In this document: positions 18,390 through 29,038 of the stretch, in pieces | How the letters are laid out: each line of letters opens with the position of its first letter | Numbering within the stretch: position 1 is the stretch's first letter | From: a virus | Reading direction: 5' to 3' (one strand) | DNA length: 64,000 nt | IMG/VR virus record: IMGVR_UViG_3300017992_000019 | Span: 30,892-94,891 of that record | The notes under the pieces: model-generated | Seen by the model: the letters and a program-made list of their open reading frames with translations, nothing else | What the model was told of the DNA's origin: nothing | The model's database searches: none | Made by a program: the position numbers and the translations under genes

Positions 18390-20843
18390 ATGTCAATGCG
18401 AATACCAGTCGACCGCGCTCATTGGGAGTTCGACGGAGTTGCGGCCGCGCTCAAGCTCCTCGGCACCGACGCCGAGGCGCCTCGTTTTGATCCGGCGCAA
18501 AACGGAAACGATTTCACCGTTGCCGGTTTCATTTCTCCCGACACGATCGCGGCCGGCGCGCGTGGTATCTTTGGCAAGTGGGTCACCTCGGGAGATAAGC
18601 GAAGCTGGCTGATCCAACAGTTCGGAGACGACCTCGAGTTTTTCATTTCGCAAACCGGAGCGGCCGGCACACTTTCCACGGTGAGCGTCCCGAATTGTTT
18701 GAGCGAGGGAGCGAAATCGTTTTTCTGTGCTCGGTACAAACACGTCGGGGCCGGCACAAGCGAAATGAAACTCCGGGTCGACGGCACCGAGAACACTCTC
18801 GGCACGGCGGTCGGCCCGGTGTATTCCTCGACCTCGGCCGACTTACTGATCGGCCGGGTCGACTCCTCGTTTTTCTCGGGTAAAAAGTTCTGGCTTGCAT
18901 ACTGGAATCGGCGACTCACCGACGCCGAGGCCGCGGGTCTCGACAACGGAACGATCTTGCCGCAACAACTCAAGCCCGACGGGTACATTGATTTTCACCG
19001 GGCAGTCGCCGCGACCTACGAAATGGATCTCCCGTGGTATACGGGGATCGATCTTACGGTCGAGGGATCACCCGAGAAAGGCGAGGAATACCTCTATTCT
19101 GATCACTATAATTTTGACGGTGTCGGCGACGCACTCCGATTGCTTGGCACCGATGCGAACGCTTTGATCTTCGATCCTCAATCGCAGAACGACGACTTTA
19201 CGATCTTTGTGCGTTTCACCCCCGACTCGATCACCACGTATCAGGGTCTACTCAGCAAATGGAATAATGCGGGAGGCAATTATCGGTCTTATGCTTTGAT
19301 CGTGACCGACGCGGGAGGGATCCGGTTTTATCTTTCCAAAGATGGGATCAGCGGATCGCAATCTATCACTATTCCGTCTTGCTTGGCAGTCGGGCAGGAA
19401 ACGGTTGTTGTTGCTAGGTACACGTATAACGGCGACGGCGATCCCGCGACTCGAATGGATCTAGCTGTTTGGAGGGCGCCGACTTGGTCCGAAAATTCGG
19501 ACAGCCTAACGTCTGCATCGGGGCCGGTTTTTTCAACGACCTCGGCCGATGTGCAGATCGGAGATTACGACGCGGCAGTCGATCGCTATTTAGACGCAGA
19601 CAAGGAGATCCTCGCGTTTTTCAACCGGCGCCTTTCTGATTATGAAACGAACGCGGTGAGGCGTGGTTGGGTTGATCCTCGAGACGTTCCCGACTGTGAC
19701 TACCTCACGACTTTTCACCGTCGGGTCGGAACGACAATGCGTTCCGATGTGCCGGCCGACGGGTCGATCGAGTTTACTGTCGAGGGAAATCCGACTCACT
19801 CGAGCCCGGCCGGAGTATCAACGGTCGATGTTGTGAAAGGCCGGATATTGCCTTTCGATCGAGGAGAGAGAATCAACGGAGACTTGCTTGACTCATGGCA
19901 CACGTTTGACGGTCTTGGTGACTACTGGAAAATTCTCGGGAGTGATCCACAAGCCGACGATTTCGACGGCCGGCACACTCTCGGTTTCACCGTGTTCGGT
20001 TTCGCCGACGTTGTGGATCTGTCGACAACCTACGGCAACGGATTGATCACGAAATACAACACGGCCGGGAATCATCGGTGTTGGGGAATTTTTCAGGAGG
20101 ACTCGAATCTTTACGCGGCGATTTCAAAAAACGGCGCATACAACGAGGGAGTCGATTCAAGCAAGCTCGGATTTCCCGGGAGTCTTGTTGCGGCAACACC
20201 GTTTTTCTGTGCGTTGACTTATCGGTATATCGGCGCCGGCGTCGGTCGCATGAGGTTTTACATGGGATTTGTTGGGGCGGCGACGCTCAACAAACTCGAG
20301 AATCTCTCGGCCGTCGGAGACGTGCACCTCGACACCTCGGCCGACGTTGCGATCGGATATCATCACGGCGCCGCAACTGATCACGAATGGGACGGCAAGA
20401 TTTACGCGACCGGATATATCGCGCGCGAGCTCGCGGATCTTGATATCCGTCGACTCTGGCGGCAAACGGTCATGCCTTGGACACTCTCGGATCATGAGGC
20501 GACTATGTATTTTCGCAAGGCGGCGACCGCAACATACGTCGAGGAATGGGGCGGTCATACCTGGACACGCAACGGCGCGCCGACACCGGGAGGCACGGGC
20601 GGCGAGATCAATATCATTACGGGAAAAACTCATTTTCCCATTTCAACCGTGAGGCAGGAAACCGCCAACATGAAAGTTCACCCAAGGGCAACAGCGCAAG
20701 AGAAAGGCCGGATCCTGATCCCGGATCCGAGTATTTGGATCCCCGGGTTGTGTCAGGAAACCGCCAACATGAAAGTTCACCCGCGAGCAACGGCACAAGA
20801 GAAAGGCCGGATCCTGATCCAGCGTAAGAAACGGAGTTTGTGA
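18390..20843 (+). CDS. Virion protein with three LamG/concanavalin-A-like domains
   Basis: Three repeats of 'FDG..D.L.LLG.D...FD....FT...F...GL..KW....RS/CW...GPV..TSADV.IG...G.I....NRRL'. Confidence 0.8.
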   Translation: MSMRIPVDRAHWEFDGVAAALKLLGTDAEAPRFDPAQNGNDFTVAGFISPDTIAAGARGIFGKWVTSGDKRSWLIQQFGDDLEFFISQTGAAGTLSTVSVPNCLSEGAKSFFCARYKHVGAGTSEMKLRVDGTENTLGTAVGPVYSSTSADLLIGRVDSSFFSGKKFWLAYWNRRLTDAEAAGLDNGTILPQQLKPDGYIDFHRAVAATYEMDLPWYTGIDLTVEGSPEKGEEYLYSDHYNFDGVGDALRLLGTDANALIFDPQSQNDDFTIFVRFTPDSITTYQGLLSKWNNAGGNYRSYALIVTDAGGIRFYLSKDGISGSQSITIPSCLAVGQETVVVARYTYNGDGDPATRMDLAVWRAPTWSENSDSLTSASGPVFSTTSADVQIGDYDAAVDRYLDADKEILAFFNRRLSDYETNAVRRGWVDPRDVPDCDYLTTFHRRVGTTMRSDVPADGSIEFTVEGNPTHSSPAGVSTVDVVKGRILPFDRGERINGDLLDSWHTFDGLGDYWKILGSDPQADDFDGRHTLGFTVFGFADVVDLSTTYGNGLITKYNTAGNHRCWGIFQEDSNLYAAISKNGAYNEGVDSSKLGFPGSLVAATPFFCALTYRYIGAGVGRMRFYMGFVGAATLNKLENLSAVGDVHLDTSADVAIGYHHGAATDHEWDGKIYATGYIARELADLDIRRLWRQTVMPWTLSDHEATMYFRKAATATYVEEWGGHTWTRNGAPTPGGTGGEINIITGKTHFPISTVRQETANMKVHPRATAQEKGRILIPDPSIWIPGLCQETANMKVHPRATAQEKGRILIQRKKRSL
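20655..20820. repeat. 67-bp direct repeat (period 99 bp) encoding QETANMKVHPRATAQEKGRILI
   Basis: 20655-20721 vs 20754-20820; 5 differences, all synonymous. Confidence 0.95.
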
Positions 20844-20844
20844 C

Positions 20845-22077
20845 ATGGCAGAGAAAGGGCGAATTCTCCGACCCGATCGCGAGAGTGCGGGTCAATACGG
20901 AACGCCGAAAGTCGAAAAGGCCGAAGCGATCGACGAGCTCACCGTGCGGGTTACTTTCGATCAGGACATGGAACGCGACGACTCGGGCGCGACCGACGAC
21001 GCGACCAATCCGGCAAACTACACTTTCGTCGTGACTGGCGGTGTTTCGGTCTCGGCCGTGTCGTGCTCGGTTGCTCGAGACTTCCCGACGTGGATCGATA
21101 TCACGCTCAACCGGGAAATGACCGCGAGCTCACAGATCGAGGTCACCGTTGCGTCGACGGTCAAGTCGAGTCGCGGCGTCAACATGGATCCGAATTACGA
21201 CTCGTATGAGTTCACCGGGTACGGTATCCGGCCGACAGTCGACAGCGCAACGGCCGTCGACGGGGTGATCGTGTACGTCGATTTTGACGAGGATATGAAT
21301 CAGAACGCCGCGTTGACTCTTGCGACGAATTACGTGCTCACCTCGCCGACCGATCCCACACCTCCCGGCGTTGACGAGGTGCGGATCCAAACGGGCTCGA
21401 GGGTCGAGCTCTGGCTCGACTCTGCACTCGAGATCGGCGACGACTACACGGTCACCGTGAGCAACGTCGAGGATCTCGCCGGAAATCCGATCCAGGGACC
21501 ACCCAACAACCAAGCCGATTTTGTCGGTGTTGCGATCGTGACCAAGCTCGAGAGCGCGGTGCCTCGAGACGAGAACACCGTGCGGTTGACTTTCGATCGA
21601 CAAATGAAGCGTGCGGATCTCGCCGACATTGGCAATTTTACACTCGAGCCGATCGAGGCCGGCGCCGCGATTCTGTATTACAGCGGCGTTTTGTTGCCGG
21701 CCGACACATACCCGACTTATGTTGATATCGTGTGTTCCGAAATGACCGACGGGAAAGACTACCGCGCGACGGTCGACCCGTCGGTTCGGGATAAATGGGA
21801 CAACACGATCTCACCGCTTTTCGATACGCAAGATTTCGAGGGTGTCGGGACCGAGCCGAGGATCGTTCGGGTTGTTGCGTCGACTCTCAACAAGTGCACC
21901 GTCGTTTTCGACGAGAGCATGAGAGACAACGCCGACCTCCGGGATCCGGCGCGGTATTCATTTGACAAGGGGTTGCAAGTTCTAGCGGTGCTCGACGTGC
22001 GAGGGAGCGAGGTTGATCTCTCGACGTCCGAGCAGACAGCCGGGGAGCTCTACACCTTGACGATCTCGCAACCGTAG
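20845..22077 (+). CDS. Virion protein with four Ig-like (Big) domains
   Basis: Four repeats of 'V..A.A.....V.V.FD..M......NY/F'; 'YTVTVSNVEDLAGN' Ig motif. Confidence 0.8.
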   Translation: MAEKGRILRPDRESAGQYGTPKVEKAEAIDELTVRVTFDQDMERDDSGATDDATNPANYTFVVTGGVSVSAVSCSVARDFPTWIDITLNREMTASSQIEVTVASTVKSSRGVNMDPNYDSYEFTGYGIRPTVDSATAVDGVIVYVDFDEDMNQNAALTLATNYVLTSPTDPTPPGVDEVRIQTGSRVELWLDSALEIGDDYTVTVSNVEDLAGNPIQGPPNNQADFVGVAIVTKLESAVPRDENTVRLTFDRQMKRADLADIGNFTLEPIEAGAAILYYSGVLLPADTYPTYVDIVCSEMTDGKDYRATVDPSVRDKWDNTISPLFDTQDFEGVGTEPRIVRVVASTLNKCTVVFDESMRDNADLRDPARYSFDKGLQVLAVLDVRGSEVDLSTSEQTAGELYTLTISQP

Positions 22078-22088
22078 GAGTGTGAGCA

Positions 22089-23351
22089 ATGGCGATCACG
22101 GATCTGGCATACAATCCTCTCTCGGTTGCGGGCTCGACCGCGGCAATGCTCGGATACCTCGAGCCGGTCGCCGGCGCCGAGGAGCTCAATCTCAGGATCT
22201 ACGATTTCATAATCAAGCCACACCGCGACGCGGATCAGACGAGAGAGGGCAAGCTGTTTTTGCAACGTATGCTCGAGGGCCCACAAGAGGCATGGAAAAC
22301 GATCCAGTCAAAGATTTTCGCGCTCAAGGATCTATGGTCGGTGACCGATATCGACGACGAGCATTTGCAATACTTGCAACGGATCGTCGGCTGGACTTCC
22401 GACCTTGACTATATCACCGAGCAACTCGACGCGGCGACGCTCCGGCGATTGATTGCGATCAGCGTTCCGATGTGGCGCTCGCGCACGACCGAGGATTCGC
22501 TCGTTGCGATCATGAATACTCTCGTGCCGGCCCGAGCTCGAGTGCTCTCATGGTTCGACAAGCGGTGGATCCTTGATACGACGATCATGAGCGAGGAGCA
22601 TCAAGGTCGGGATCCGTGGCTTGTGAGTTTCCCGGGCGGCACGGGCACCGACGAGTTTTGGTCGACGATCCGAGTCGTGGATCCGGGAGTCGAGGCAAGC
22701 AAGGATCTCCTGATCGATGTGATCAAACTTGTGCGGCCGTGCGGCGAGAGGTACGACGTCGTATGGCTCAAGTTCCTCGATCAATTCACGATCGACGGCG
22801 ACGTGAGTCAATGGGATATCACAAGCGGCACTCCGACAGTCTCGGGCGGCAAAGTGAGCTTGACCGACAACTCGACCGAGGAGGGTATCGTTTGCAGCAT
22901 TGAGGATTCCGACGAGTGGGAAAACTACGTCGTGACCGCGAGGGTCAAAGGCAACCACGACACGGGGCTCGGTTTCGGAGTTGCGTTCTATTTGCAATCG
23001 GTTTCACCGCGGACTTTTTATTACGTCGTGATCGACATACCGAATCAACAAGTGCTCCTTGCGAAATTCATTTCGGGAGCTTTCACTCCGCTTGTGAATT
23101 GGTATGCGAACCCGGCCGGTCGGTTTCTCCTTTCCGACACATGGTACGGGTTGAGGATCCAGGCATCACCGGAAGGGGCGAACACGCGGATCAAGGTTTA
23201 TCTCGACGGCGAGGAGATCATAAGCACGACCGATCCCGATCTCGACAAGGGTACGATCGCGGTTCTTCATTCTCTTTGCTCGGTCGAGTGTGACGAAATA
23301 GAGGTCTTGGGTCTCCCGGTTGACTCCGAGGAAATCCTGATCAACATATAG
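22089..23351 (+). CDS. Baseplate/tail protein (P2 gpI-like) with C-terminal lectin-like domain
   Basis: 'IDDEHLQYL..IVGW...LRRLI......WRSR.T' gpI motif; 'W.NYVVTARVK...WY.LRI....IKVYLDG' ConA-like domain. Confidence 0.75.
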   Translation: MAITDLAYNPLSVAGSTAAMLGYLEPVAGAEELNLRIYDFIIKPHRDADQTREGKLFLQRMLEGPQEAWKTIQSKIFALKDLWSVTDIDDEHLQYLQRIVGWTSDLDYITEQLDAATLRRLIAISVPMWRSRTTEDSLVAIMNTLVPARARVLSWFDKRWILDTTIMSEEHQGRDPWLVSFPGGTGTDEFWSTIRVVDPGVEASKDLLIDVIKLVRPCGERYDVVWLKFLDQFTIDGDVSQWDITSGTPTVSGGKVSLTDNSTEEGIVCSIEDSDEWENYVVTARVKGNHDTGLGFGVAFYLQSVSPRTFYYVVIDIPNQQVLLAKFISGAFTPLVNWYANPAGRFLLSDTWYGLRIQASPEGANTRIKVYLDGEEIISTTDPDLDKGTIAVLHSLCSVECDEIEVLGLPVDSEEILINI

Positions 23352-23363
23352 GAGGATCTTGCT

Positions 23364-26300
23364 ATGGCGACAGGCGACAAATGGGCATGGATCACCGCTC
23401 AAAGAATTCTCGGGTACGATACTCTCCGCGACAACGTGATCGGGTTTTTCCGGGATTGGGACAAAGACATTCTCGCGTCGGTTTTTCGCGCGTCGGGATA
23501 CTTCCAAGAAATTTCGATTGTCGGCGACGGTGCCAACAAGATCAAGCTCACCGGATACCCGACCGACGGCAACCCGAGCGGGATCGACGGCGCCGGCGAG
23601 CTCCTCGATCTATACGCGAGATATCTCGACGTCGAGGATTTGCAATTCGAGAATATCACCGGCGAGACGTATCACGTCGCGCTCAAGGGTGCATATATCC
23701 CGACCGGGCTTTCGATCGGCCAGGGCGACGGAATGCCTCAATGGAACACCTTTGAGGAAATCGTCGGAGTGAGCAGCACGCCGGCCTCGGTCGTCGACAA
23801 TGGCAACGGCACCTTGACTTTTGTTGTCGACACGGTCACCGAGGTAGGAGTATCGAATGCCGGCCGCAAGGTGATCGTCTATCGCACGACCCCGACCAAA
23901 AACGCCGTGACCGAAGCGATCGCAAAGGAGGAGTGTACGGTCACATGGGACGGGAGCAACAACAAGATCACAACCGTCGGCGACCTCGGATTGCTTTCGG
24001 GCGAAACTCCGGTTTGGTCCGATTACACCGTTGTTCTAGTCGGGCCGCACATTGTGAGAGACACCGATCTCTCGGCCGACGATTCGTATGCGTATATCGG
24101 CACGGTCGACGGCAACACCGGCGCGCAACCGTCGAGCTTTGACACGACCTTGCAAAACGTAATGAGCGTTCCGATCTCCGACCTCACACAGATCACAAGG
24201 TACGAAAGTTTTCCGACGCCGGATCGTCTCAAGGTTGACGTCAAAGCGGTCGCGGCCGAGGAGGGTGAGAATCTCGATCAGATCCGGGTCACCGGGTGGG
24301 ATGGCGGCGGATCGAGCTTGGTTGTGTTCAGGGTCGACGAGCTCGGCAACGTGACGATCGAGGGCGACCTCGAGGTCAAGGGCACGACCACACAACAAGA
24401 CGTCGTGCAAGTCAACGCCGACGAAACGATCACCGAGAATCTCACGTGCGGCGACGAGGACTCCGACTCGCATTTGATCAAGGGGATCTGGACACACAAG
24501 AACGCGGCCGAGACCGCGAATCTCTTGCAAGTGCATCCGACCAACGGAGTCGGGATCGGCACGACCGCGCATTTCTCCGGGTCTTATTCCATGTATGTCG
24601 ACGGCGACGTCTTGTTTTCAGACGACGTGAGGTTTGCCGGCAACGCGATTCCGCACACCGCGGCGCAAGACCTCGGCGAGTCGGGCAACAAGTGGGCGAA
24701 TCTGTACGTGTCGAATATCTATGCCGACGCAACCTCGGTCGGTGGTCACATGAACCCGGACACGACCGACGTTTACGACTTGGGAGAAAATACGACTCCG
24801 CTCCGTTGGCGCTCGATCTATGTCAATCATGCTTATATCATCGATCCGACGGAGGCGTTGCTTGCGATCCGCGAGCTCGACGCCTCTCTCAACGAAAAAA
24901 ATTGGCAGGTCCGGGCGGCGGGAGGGGATCTTTATTTCGAGTGCGTCAACGATGCCGAGACACTTGCCGCGTCTTTTATGCAAATAACTCGGAGCGGACA
25001 GAACCCGACCTCGTTGACCATGTTTGCCTCTATATTCGCAGGAACGTCCGGCCTTGAAATCGGGCAGAGCTCCGAGCCTTTCGAGTTTATTTATGGGCAA
25101 GACTGGCGCTCGGCCCGGCCGTCGGTTGGGACAAGTGAAAAAAATTGGCGCCAGTGGATCCAACAAGATTCGAGCGGCGATTATACCGGGCAAGAGGTCA
25201 TGCGCTTTTCGACGTCAACCGACGCATGGGCACTCGGCACCGCTTTTCTCACGATTGCGCGCGTGGTCGACTCAACCGACGTCGACGAGGTCGTGCTCGC
25301 GAGCGACGGATCGATCAAGCTCACTCCGGCGTCGGGAAGCGATCTTGACGTCGTGCTCCTTGGCGGCGGCAATCTTGTCGTCGTGGATCACAAGTTCACG
25401 GGTCAAGATTTCTGGAATGTGAATGTAGGCAACAACCTCGGCACGACTTCATATCCTTGGGTCAGCGTGTACGGCGCGACGTATTACGCACAAGCGGATC
25501 AACCGAGGTATCGCCTCGACGACACAAACACAACTTATGGAAACTGGCAACTTTGGATCGACGGTGTCGTCGCGAAATTTTCGTGCATGTCGGATGATTG
25601 GAGCACGGCGTACAACTTTATCACTTTCACTCGGAGCGGCGAGACTGTCGCAAGCGAGATCGGTCTCATTGCCGACGTCGTTTTCACCGGAGACGTCAAG
25701 AGCAATATCAAGCCGACGGATCCCGGCACTTACTCGCTCGGCGTCAATAACTACGAATGGGATCTCTTGCGGGTCAACGAGAGCGGGGTTATCTGGCGCA
25801 CAACCGACGTCGGTCTCACCATACATGAGCGCAAGTTCCGAATGATCGTTTCCAACATCGGCAACGCCGGAGTGTTCCGAATCCAGGGCATTGACGACAA
25901 CGAGACCGCGCAGGCCGACGCAATTGTGATCACCAAAAACGACACGACGTACACGATCGACGACGTCTCGATCTACGGTGACACGATCAACTTGCAGGGC
26001 CCGACAACGGTCACCGGAAACCTAACGGCAACGGGCGGGCTTGAAACCCAAAACGACCCGGTGAGATTCCGCGGCATTGACGCGATCGGGAATTTCGAGA
26101 TCGAGGGCGCAACGCCGACAATCCAGTTCGACCAAGACGATCAGGCCAACGATTATAAGTATTGGGACATAATCGTTTCGAGTGGATCGTTTCAACTCAG
26201 GAGTTACAACCAAGCGCACTCGTCGTCTGAAACGGCGATCCAGGTCACGAAAGGCGGCACCTCGGATTATACGGTCGACCGGATTGCGTTCGTCTGTGAT

Positions 26301-27053
26301 CGGATCACCGTCAACTCGTCGCTCACAACCGACGGGTTTGTGATATTCAGTGATCCGACCGACAACGTCTTGATCACCGGCAACGACGCGGCACTAATGT
26401 TTCGAGACGCCGGCGCCGGGAGTAACGAAAAGGTTTGGTCGATCTCCTTTGACGACTCGAGCGGCGATCTTGTGATCGGTGCGCGCGACGACGACTATAC
26501 TTGGGGCACCCATTGGGTGCAGTTCCACCGGGGCACCGGTTCCGGCCGGGTCGACTGGACACCGGGCGGCGGCGAAGCGGGGATCTCATTCCTTTCGTCT
26601 TTGCAATTAGAATCCTTGAGTACCAACGGCGAGACGGCGCTCCTTTTCGACGCGAGCGGATCCCATACCGACGCGCAAATGGGAATCGTGCACCAAGTCG
26701 TTTCGGGATCTCCCGACAACATGCAATTGCAGTTTCGGATCTTCAAAAACTCGACGTGGGACGCGGTCACGAATTGGCCGCTTTCGATTCGATCGAAATA
26801 TAACGCGGGCGACGGCGAGTGGCAGGCGAGCGGGATCCATGCACAGTGTCACCCGGATCAAGCGGGTCACCTTGCGCTCGTTGGGAACATGGCGCTCGCG
26901 ATCAAAAACGATGATCCCGGAGGGTATGGTACAAACCATGTCACCTTGACAGGAGTTACCTCGACTGGTACACCCTCGGGCACGGCGCGCTTTATGAAAG
27001 TCTATTGGGGCACAACTGCATATTACATTAGGATGTGGCCGACTCTAACCTAG
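23364..27053 (+). CDS. Long tail fibre / receptor-binding protein
   Basis: 1229 aa at the end of the tail module; repeated 'YDLG....RW..IY' and 'NEKNW' modules. Confidence 0.8.
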   Translation: MATGDKWAWITAQRILGYDTLRDNVIGFFRDWDKDILASVFRASGYFQEISIVGDGANKIKLTGYPTDGNPSGIDGAGELLDLYARYLDVEDLQFENITGETYHVALKGAYIPTGLSIGQGDGMPQWNTFEEIVGVSSTPASVVDNGNGTLTFVVDTVTEVGVSNAGRKVIVYRTTPTKNAVTEAIAKEECTVTWDGSNNKITTVGDLGLLSGETPVWSDYTVVLVGPHIVRDTDLSADDSYAYIGTVDGNTGAQPSSFDTTLQNVMSVPISDLTQITRYESFPTPDRLKVDVKAVAAEEGENLDQIRVTGWDGGGSSLVVFRVDELGNVTIEGDLEVKGTTTQQDVVQVNADETITENLTCGDEDSDSHLIKGIWTHKNAAETANLLQVHPTNGVGIGTTAHFSGSYSMYVDGDVLFSDDVRFAGNAIPHTAAQDLGESGNKWANLYVSNIYADATSVGGHMNPDTTDVYDLGENTTPLRWRSIYVNHAYIIDPTEALLAIRELDASLNEKNWQVRAAGGDLYFECVNDAETLAASFMQITRSGQNPTSLTMFASIFAGTSGLEIGQSSEPFEFIYGQDWRSARPSVGTSEKNWRQWIQQDSSGDYTGQEVMRFSTSTDAWALGTAFLTIARVVDSTDVDEVVLASDGSIKLTPASGSDLDVVLLGGGNLVVVDHKFTGQDFWNVNVGNNLGTTSYPWVSVYGATYYAQADQPRYRLDDTNTTYGNWQLWIDGVVAKFSCMSDDWSTAYNFITFTRSGETVASEIGLIADVVFTGDVKSNIKPTDPGTYSLGVNNYEWDLLRVNESGVIWRTTDVGLTIHERKFRMIVSNIGNAGVFRIQGIDDNETAQADAIVITKNDTTYTIDDVSIYGDTINLQGPTTVTGNLTATGGLETQNDPVRFRGIDAIGNFEIEGATPTIQFDQDDQANDYKYWDIIVSSGSFQLRSYNQAHSSSETAIQVTKGGTSDYTVDRIAFVCDRITVNSSLTTDGFVIFSDPTDNVLITGNDAALMFRDAGAGSNEKVWSISFDDSSGDLVIGARDDDYTWGTHWVQFHRGTGSGRVDWTPGGGEAGISFLSSLQLESLSTNGETALLFDASGSHTDAQMGIVHQVVSGSPDNMQLQFRIFKNSTWDAVTNWPLSIRSKYNAGDGEWQASGIHAQCHPDQAGHLALVGNMALAIKNDDPGGYGTNHVTLTGVTSTGTPSGTARFMKVYWGTTAYYIRMWPTLT

Positions 27054-27104
27054 AACACTTTTTCCAATTGGCCGCGATAACGGCGGCACAAGGAGGAGAG
27101 ACCA

Positions 27105-27533
27105 ATGCCAATGACAGAAAAACAGGTCAATGAGTACATGAGCAACTTGCTCGACGGAAAGATTCCGGCGCCGGCCGGGCTCGAGGGCGACGCCTTGAAT
27201 CAGTTTCGCAAGATCACCGGCGAGCTCACCCAAACCGATCAGCGGTTGCGACTCGCGCAACGGGAAGTCGAGCAACTCACCGACAAGCTCAAGCAATTGG
27301 TCGGGCAACGCACGGCGTATGTCAACATCCTGATCATGGCCGAGAACGCGAGGAGAGGCTCGGTCAAGCCGACACCTCCGACCGAAGATCCTCCGGCCGA
27401 CGACAAGCCGGTCGACCTCGCCGGGCTCAAGGAAAAGATGGGAGCGGACAAGGTCGAGGTGACCGACGGCGAGGGCAACGTGCTCGACTCGACCGAGGAG
27501 GATTCCCCGGCCGCGGATACTCCGGCCGACTGA
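27105..27533 (+). CDS. Coiled-coil protein, possible fibre chaperone
   Basis: AGGAGG SD; central heptad region; follows the fibre gene. Confidence 0.45.
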   Translation: MPMTEKQVNEYMSNLLDGKIPAPAGLEGDALNQFRKITGELTQTDQRLRLAQREVEQLTDKLKQLVGQRTAYVNILIMAENARRGSVKPTPPTEDPPADDKPVDLAGLKEKMGADKVEVTDGEGNVLDSTEEDSPAADTPAD

Positions 27534-27546
27534 GGAGGTTTCGATC

Positions 27547-28230
27547 ATGGCACTCAAGACCGGGAGCAAGGGCGAGGCCGTCCGCGAGGTGCAAGAGAAC
27601 CTCAAGGTGCTCGGGTTGTACCATGCGCCGATCGACGGTGATTTCGGCCGACGCACCCGGGAGGCCGTGCTCGCATTTCAGGAACGCTTTTTCGTCGACG
27701 GGATCATTGACAAGACAACCGAGCAAGCGATCAATGCCGCGGTTGTCGCGTGGTCGAAACGTGAGCGCGAGATCCTTGTGCCGGTGCCGAATGGACTCAA
27801 GGAGCTCGAGGCGAAGTTCTGCGAGATCGAGTTCAAGGAGGCCGGCGCCGGGTGGGTCGAGATCACAAACGACTTTCCCGAAAATATCGTGCGGCACGAA
27901 TTCCCGGTCGTCGGAGTGCAATGCTTTCACCGCGACCTTGTGCCGGTGCTCGAGAAAGTGCTCGAGGAGATCAAGCACAAGGGTCTCGACGGTGAGATCC
28001 GACAGTTCGGCACGTGGGCACCTCGACACAAGATGCACGATTCCTCGAGAGGTCTCTCGACTCACTCATGGGGGATCGCGGTCGACGTGAATTGGGCAAC
28101 CAACGCCGTCGGAACGCGCGGCGATCTCGACTCGGGGATCGTCGAGGCTTTCGAGCGTTTCGGTTTCGAGTGGGGCGGTCGTTGGCGATATAAAGATCCG
28201 ATGCACTTTCAATATGTGACCGGGTACTGA
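27547..28230 (+). CDS. Endolysin: PG-binding domain plus M15-type peptidase
   Basis: 'LKTGSKGEAVREVQ..L......DGDFG..T..AV.AFQ....VDGI'; 'LSTHSWGIAVDVN', 'WGGRW..KDPMHFQ'. Confidence 0.92.
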   Translation: MALKTGSKGEAVREVQENLKVLGLYHAPIDGDFGRRTREAVLAFQERFFVDGIIDKTTEQAINAAVVAWSKREREILVPVPNGLKELEAKFCEIEFKEAGAGWVEITNDFPENIVRHEFPVVGVQCFHRDLVPVLEKVLEEIKHKGLDGEIRQFGTWAPRHKMHDSSRGLSTHSWGIAVDVNWATNAVGTRGDLDSGIVEAFERFGFEWGGRWRYKDPMHFQYVTGY

Positions 28231-28253
28231 TACCCAAACGAAAGGAGGAGGTC

Positions 28254-28736
28254 ATGCGACGGAAAGCAAGAGGCATCGTTGCGTTCATCGTGGCATCGGT
28301 TGCCGCGGTGACTCTCACTCTGTACGCGGGAGCGGCGCTCTCGCAACCGGCCGATCAACCGGCCGTCGACGCGGGCACACCCGACGCCGGCGTTGTCACC
28401 GACACCGGCGCCGAGGAGGTCACGACCGATCAGATCAAGGAGGCGATCAAGAAAGCGATCGAGGATTGGGAAACCCTCGGTTGGATTGGCGGCATGGCCG
28501 CGGTGATCGGCGTGTTGCTCCTATTGCTACGTTTCAAACCTCTCGACAAGCTACTCGAGGACAAGGGGATCAAATGGATCAAACCCTATCTCGCAGTCGC
28601 ACTCGGGGCGCTCGGTGGTTTCTTTTCCACGTTTGCGACGGGCAAGTCGATCCTGTTTTCGATCGTCGCCGGAATAGTCGCCGGGGTTGCGTCGCCGGGG
28701 TTGCACTTGCTCCTCACTAAGGGGAACAAGAGTTGA
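28254..28736 (+). CDS. Membrane protein, holin candidate
   Basis: Signal-like N-terminus plus about 3 hydrophobic helices, adjacent to the endolysin. Confidence 0.55.
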   Translation: MRRKARGIVAFIVASVAAVTLTLYAGAALSQPADQPAVDAGTPDAGVVTDTGAEEVTTDQIKEAIKKAIEDWETLGWIGGMAAVIGVLLLLLRFKPLDKLLEDKGIKWIKPYLAVALGALGGFFSTFATGKSILFSIVAGIVAGVASPGLHLLLTKGNKS

Positions 28737-29038
28737 CCCCGAAAGCCAACACGGCCGGCGACTGGTTCAAGAAATGGGGATTGTGGATCCTCCTCGTGCT
28801 CGCGGTGATCCTCGTCTTGCTCGCGAAACTGTTTCCGAGCAACGGTGAGAAACCGAAAATCTTGCAGGCCGCGAAAGACGGAGCAAAGAAATTGCACGAC
28901 GCGGCCGACAAGGCACACGAGGAACACACCGCGGAAATGAAAAAGCGCGAGGAGGAGCTCGAGACGATCAAGGCGATCACCGACGAGGAGGAACGCTTGC
29001 GTCGCCTCGCCGAGTTCGCAAACCGGAGGTCGACATGA
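28733..29038 (+). CDS. Membrane-anchored coiled coil (i-spanin-like)
   Basis: N-terminal TM helix then charged helix; lysis cassette. Confidence 0.45.
   Translation: MTPKANTAGDWFKKWGLWILLVLAVILVLLAKLFPSNGEKPKILQAAKDGAKKLHDAADKAHEEHTAEMKKREEELETIKAITDEEERLRRLAEFANRRST

Noticed and set aside
20655-20820. Possible diversity-generating retroelement TR/VR pair
   Set aside because: Both copies are in-frame in one gene, all differences are synonymous, and no reverse transcriptase is in the window.
27530-27545. CTGAGGA as a second hammerhead core
   Set aside because: It is a stop codon plus SD; no matching GAAA and stems.
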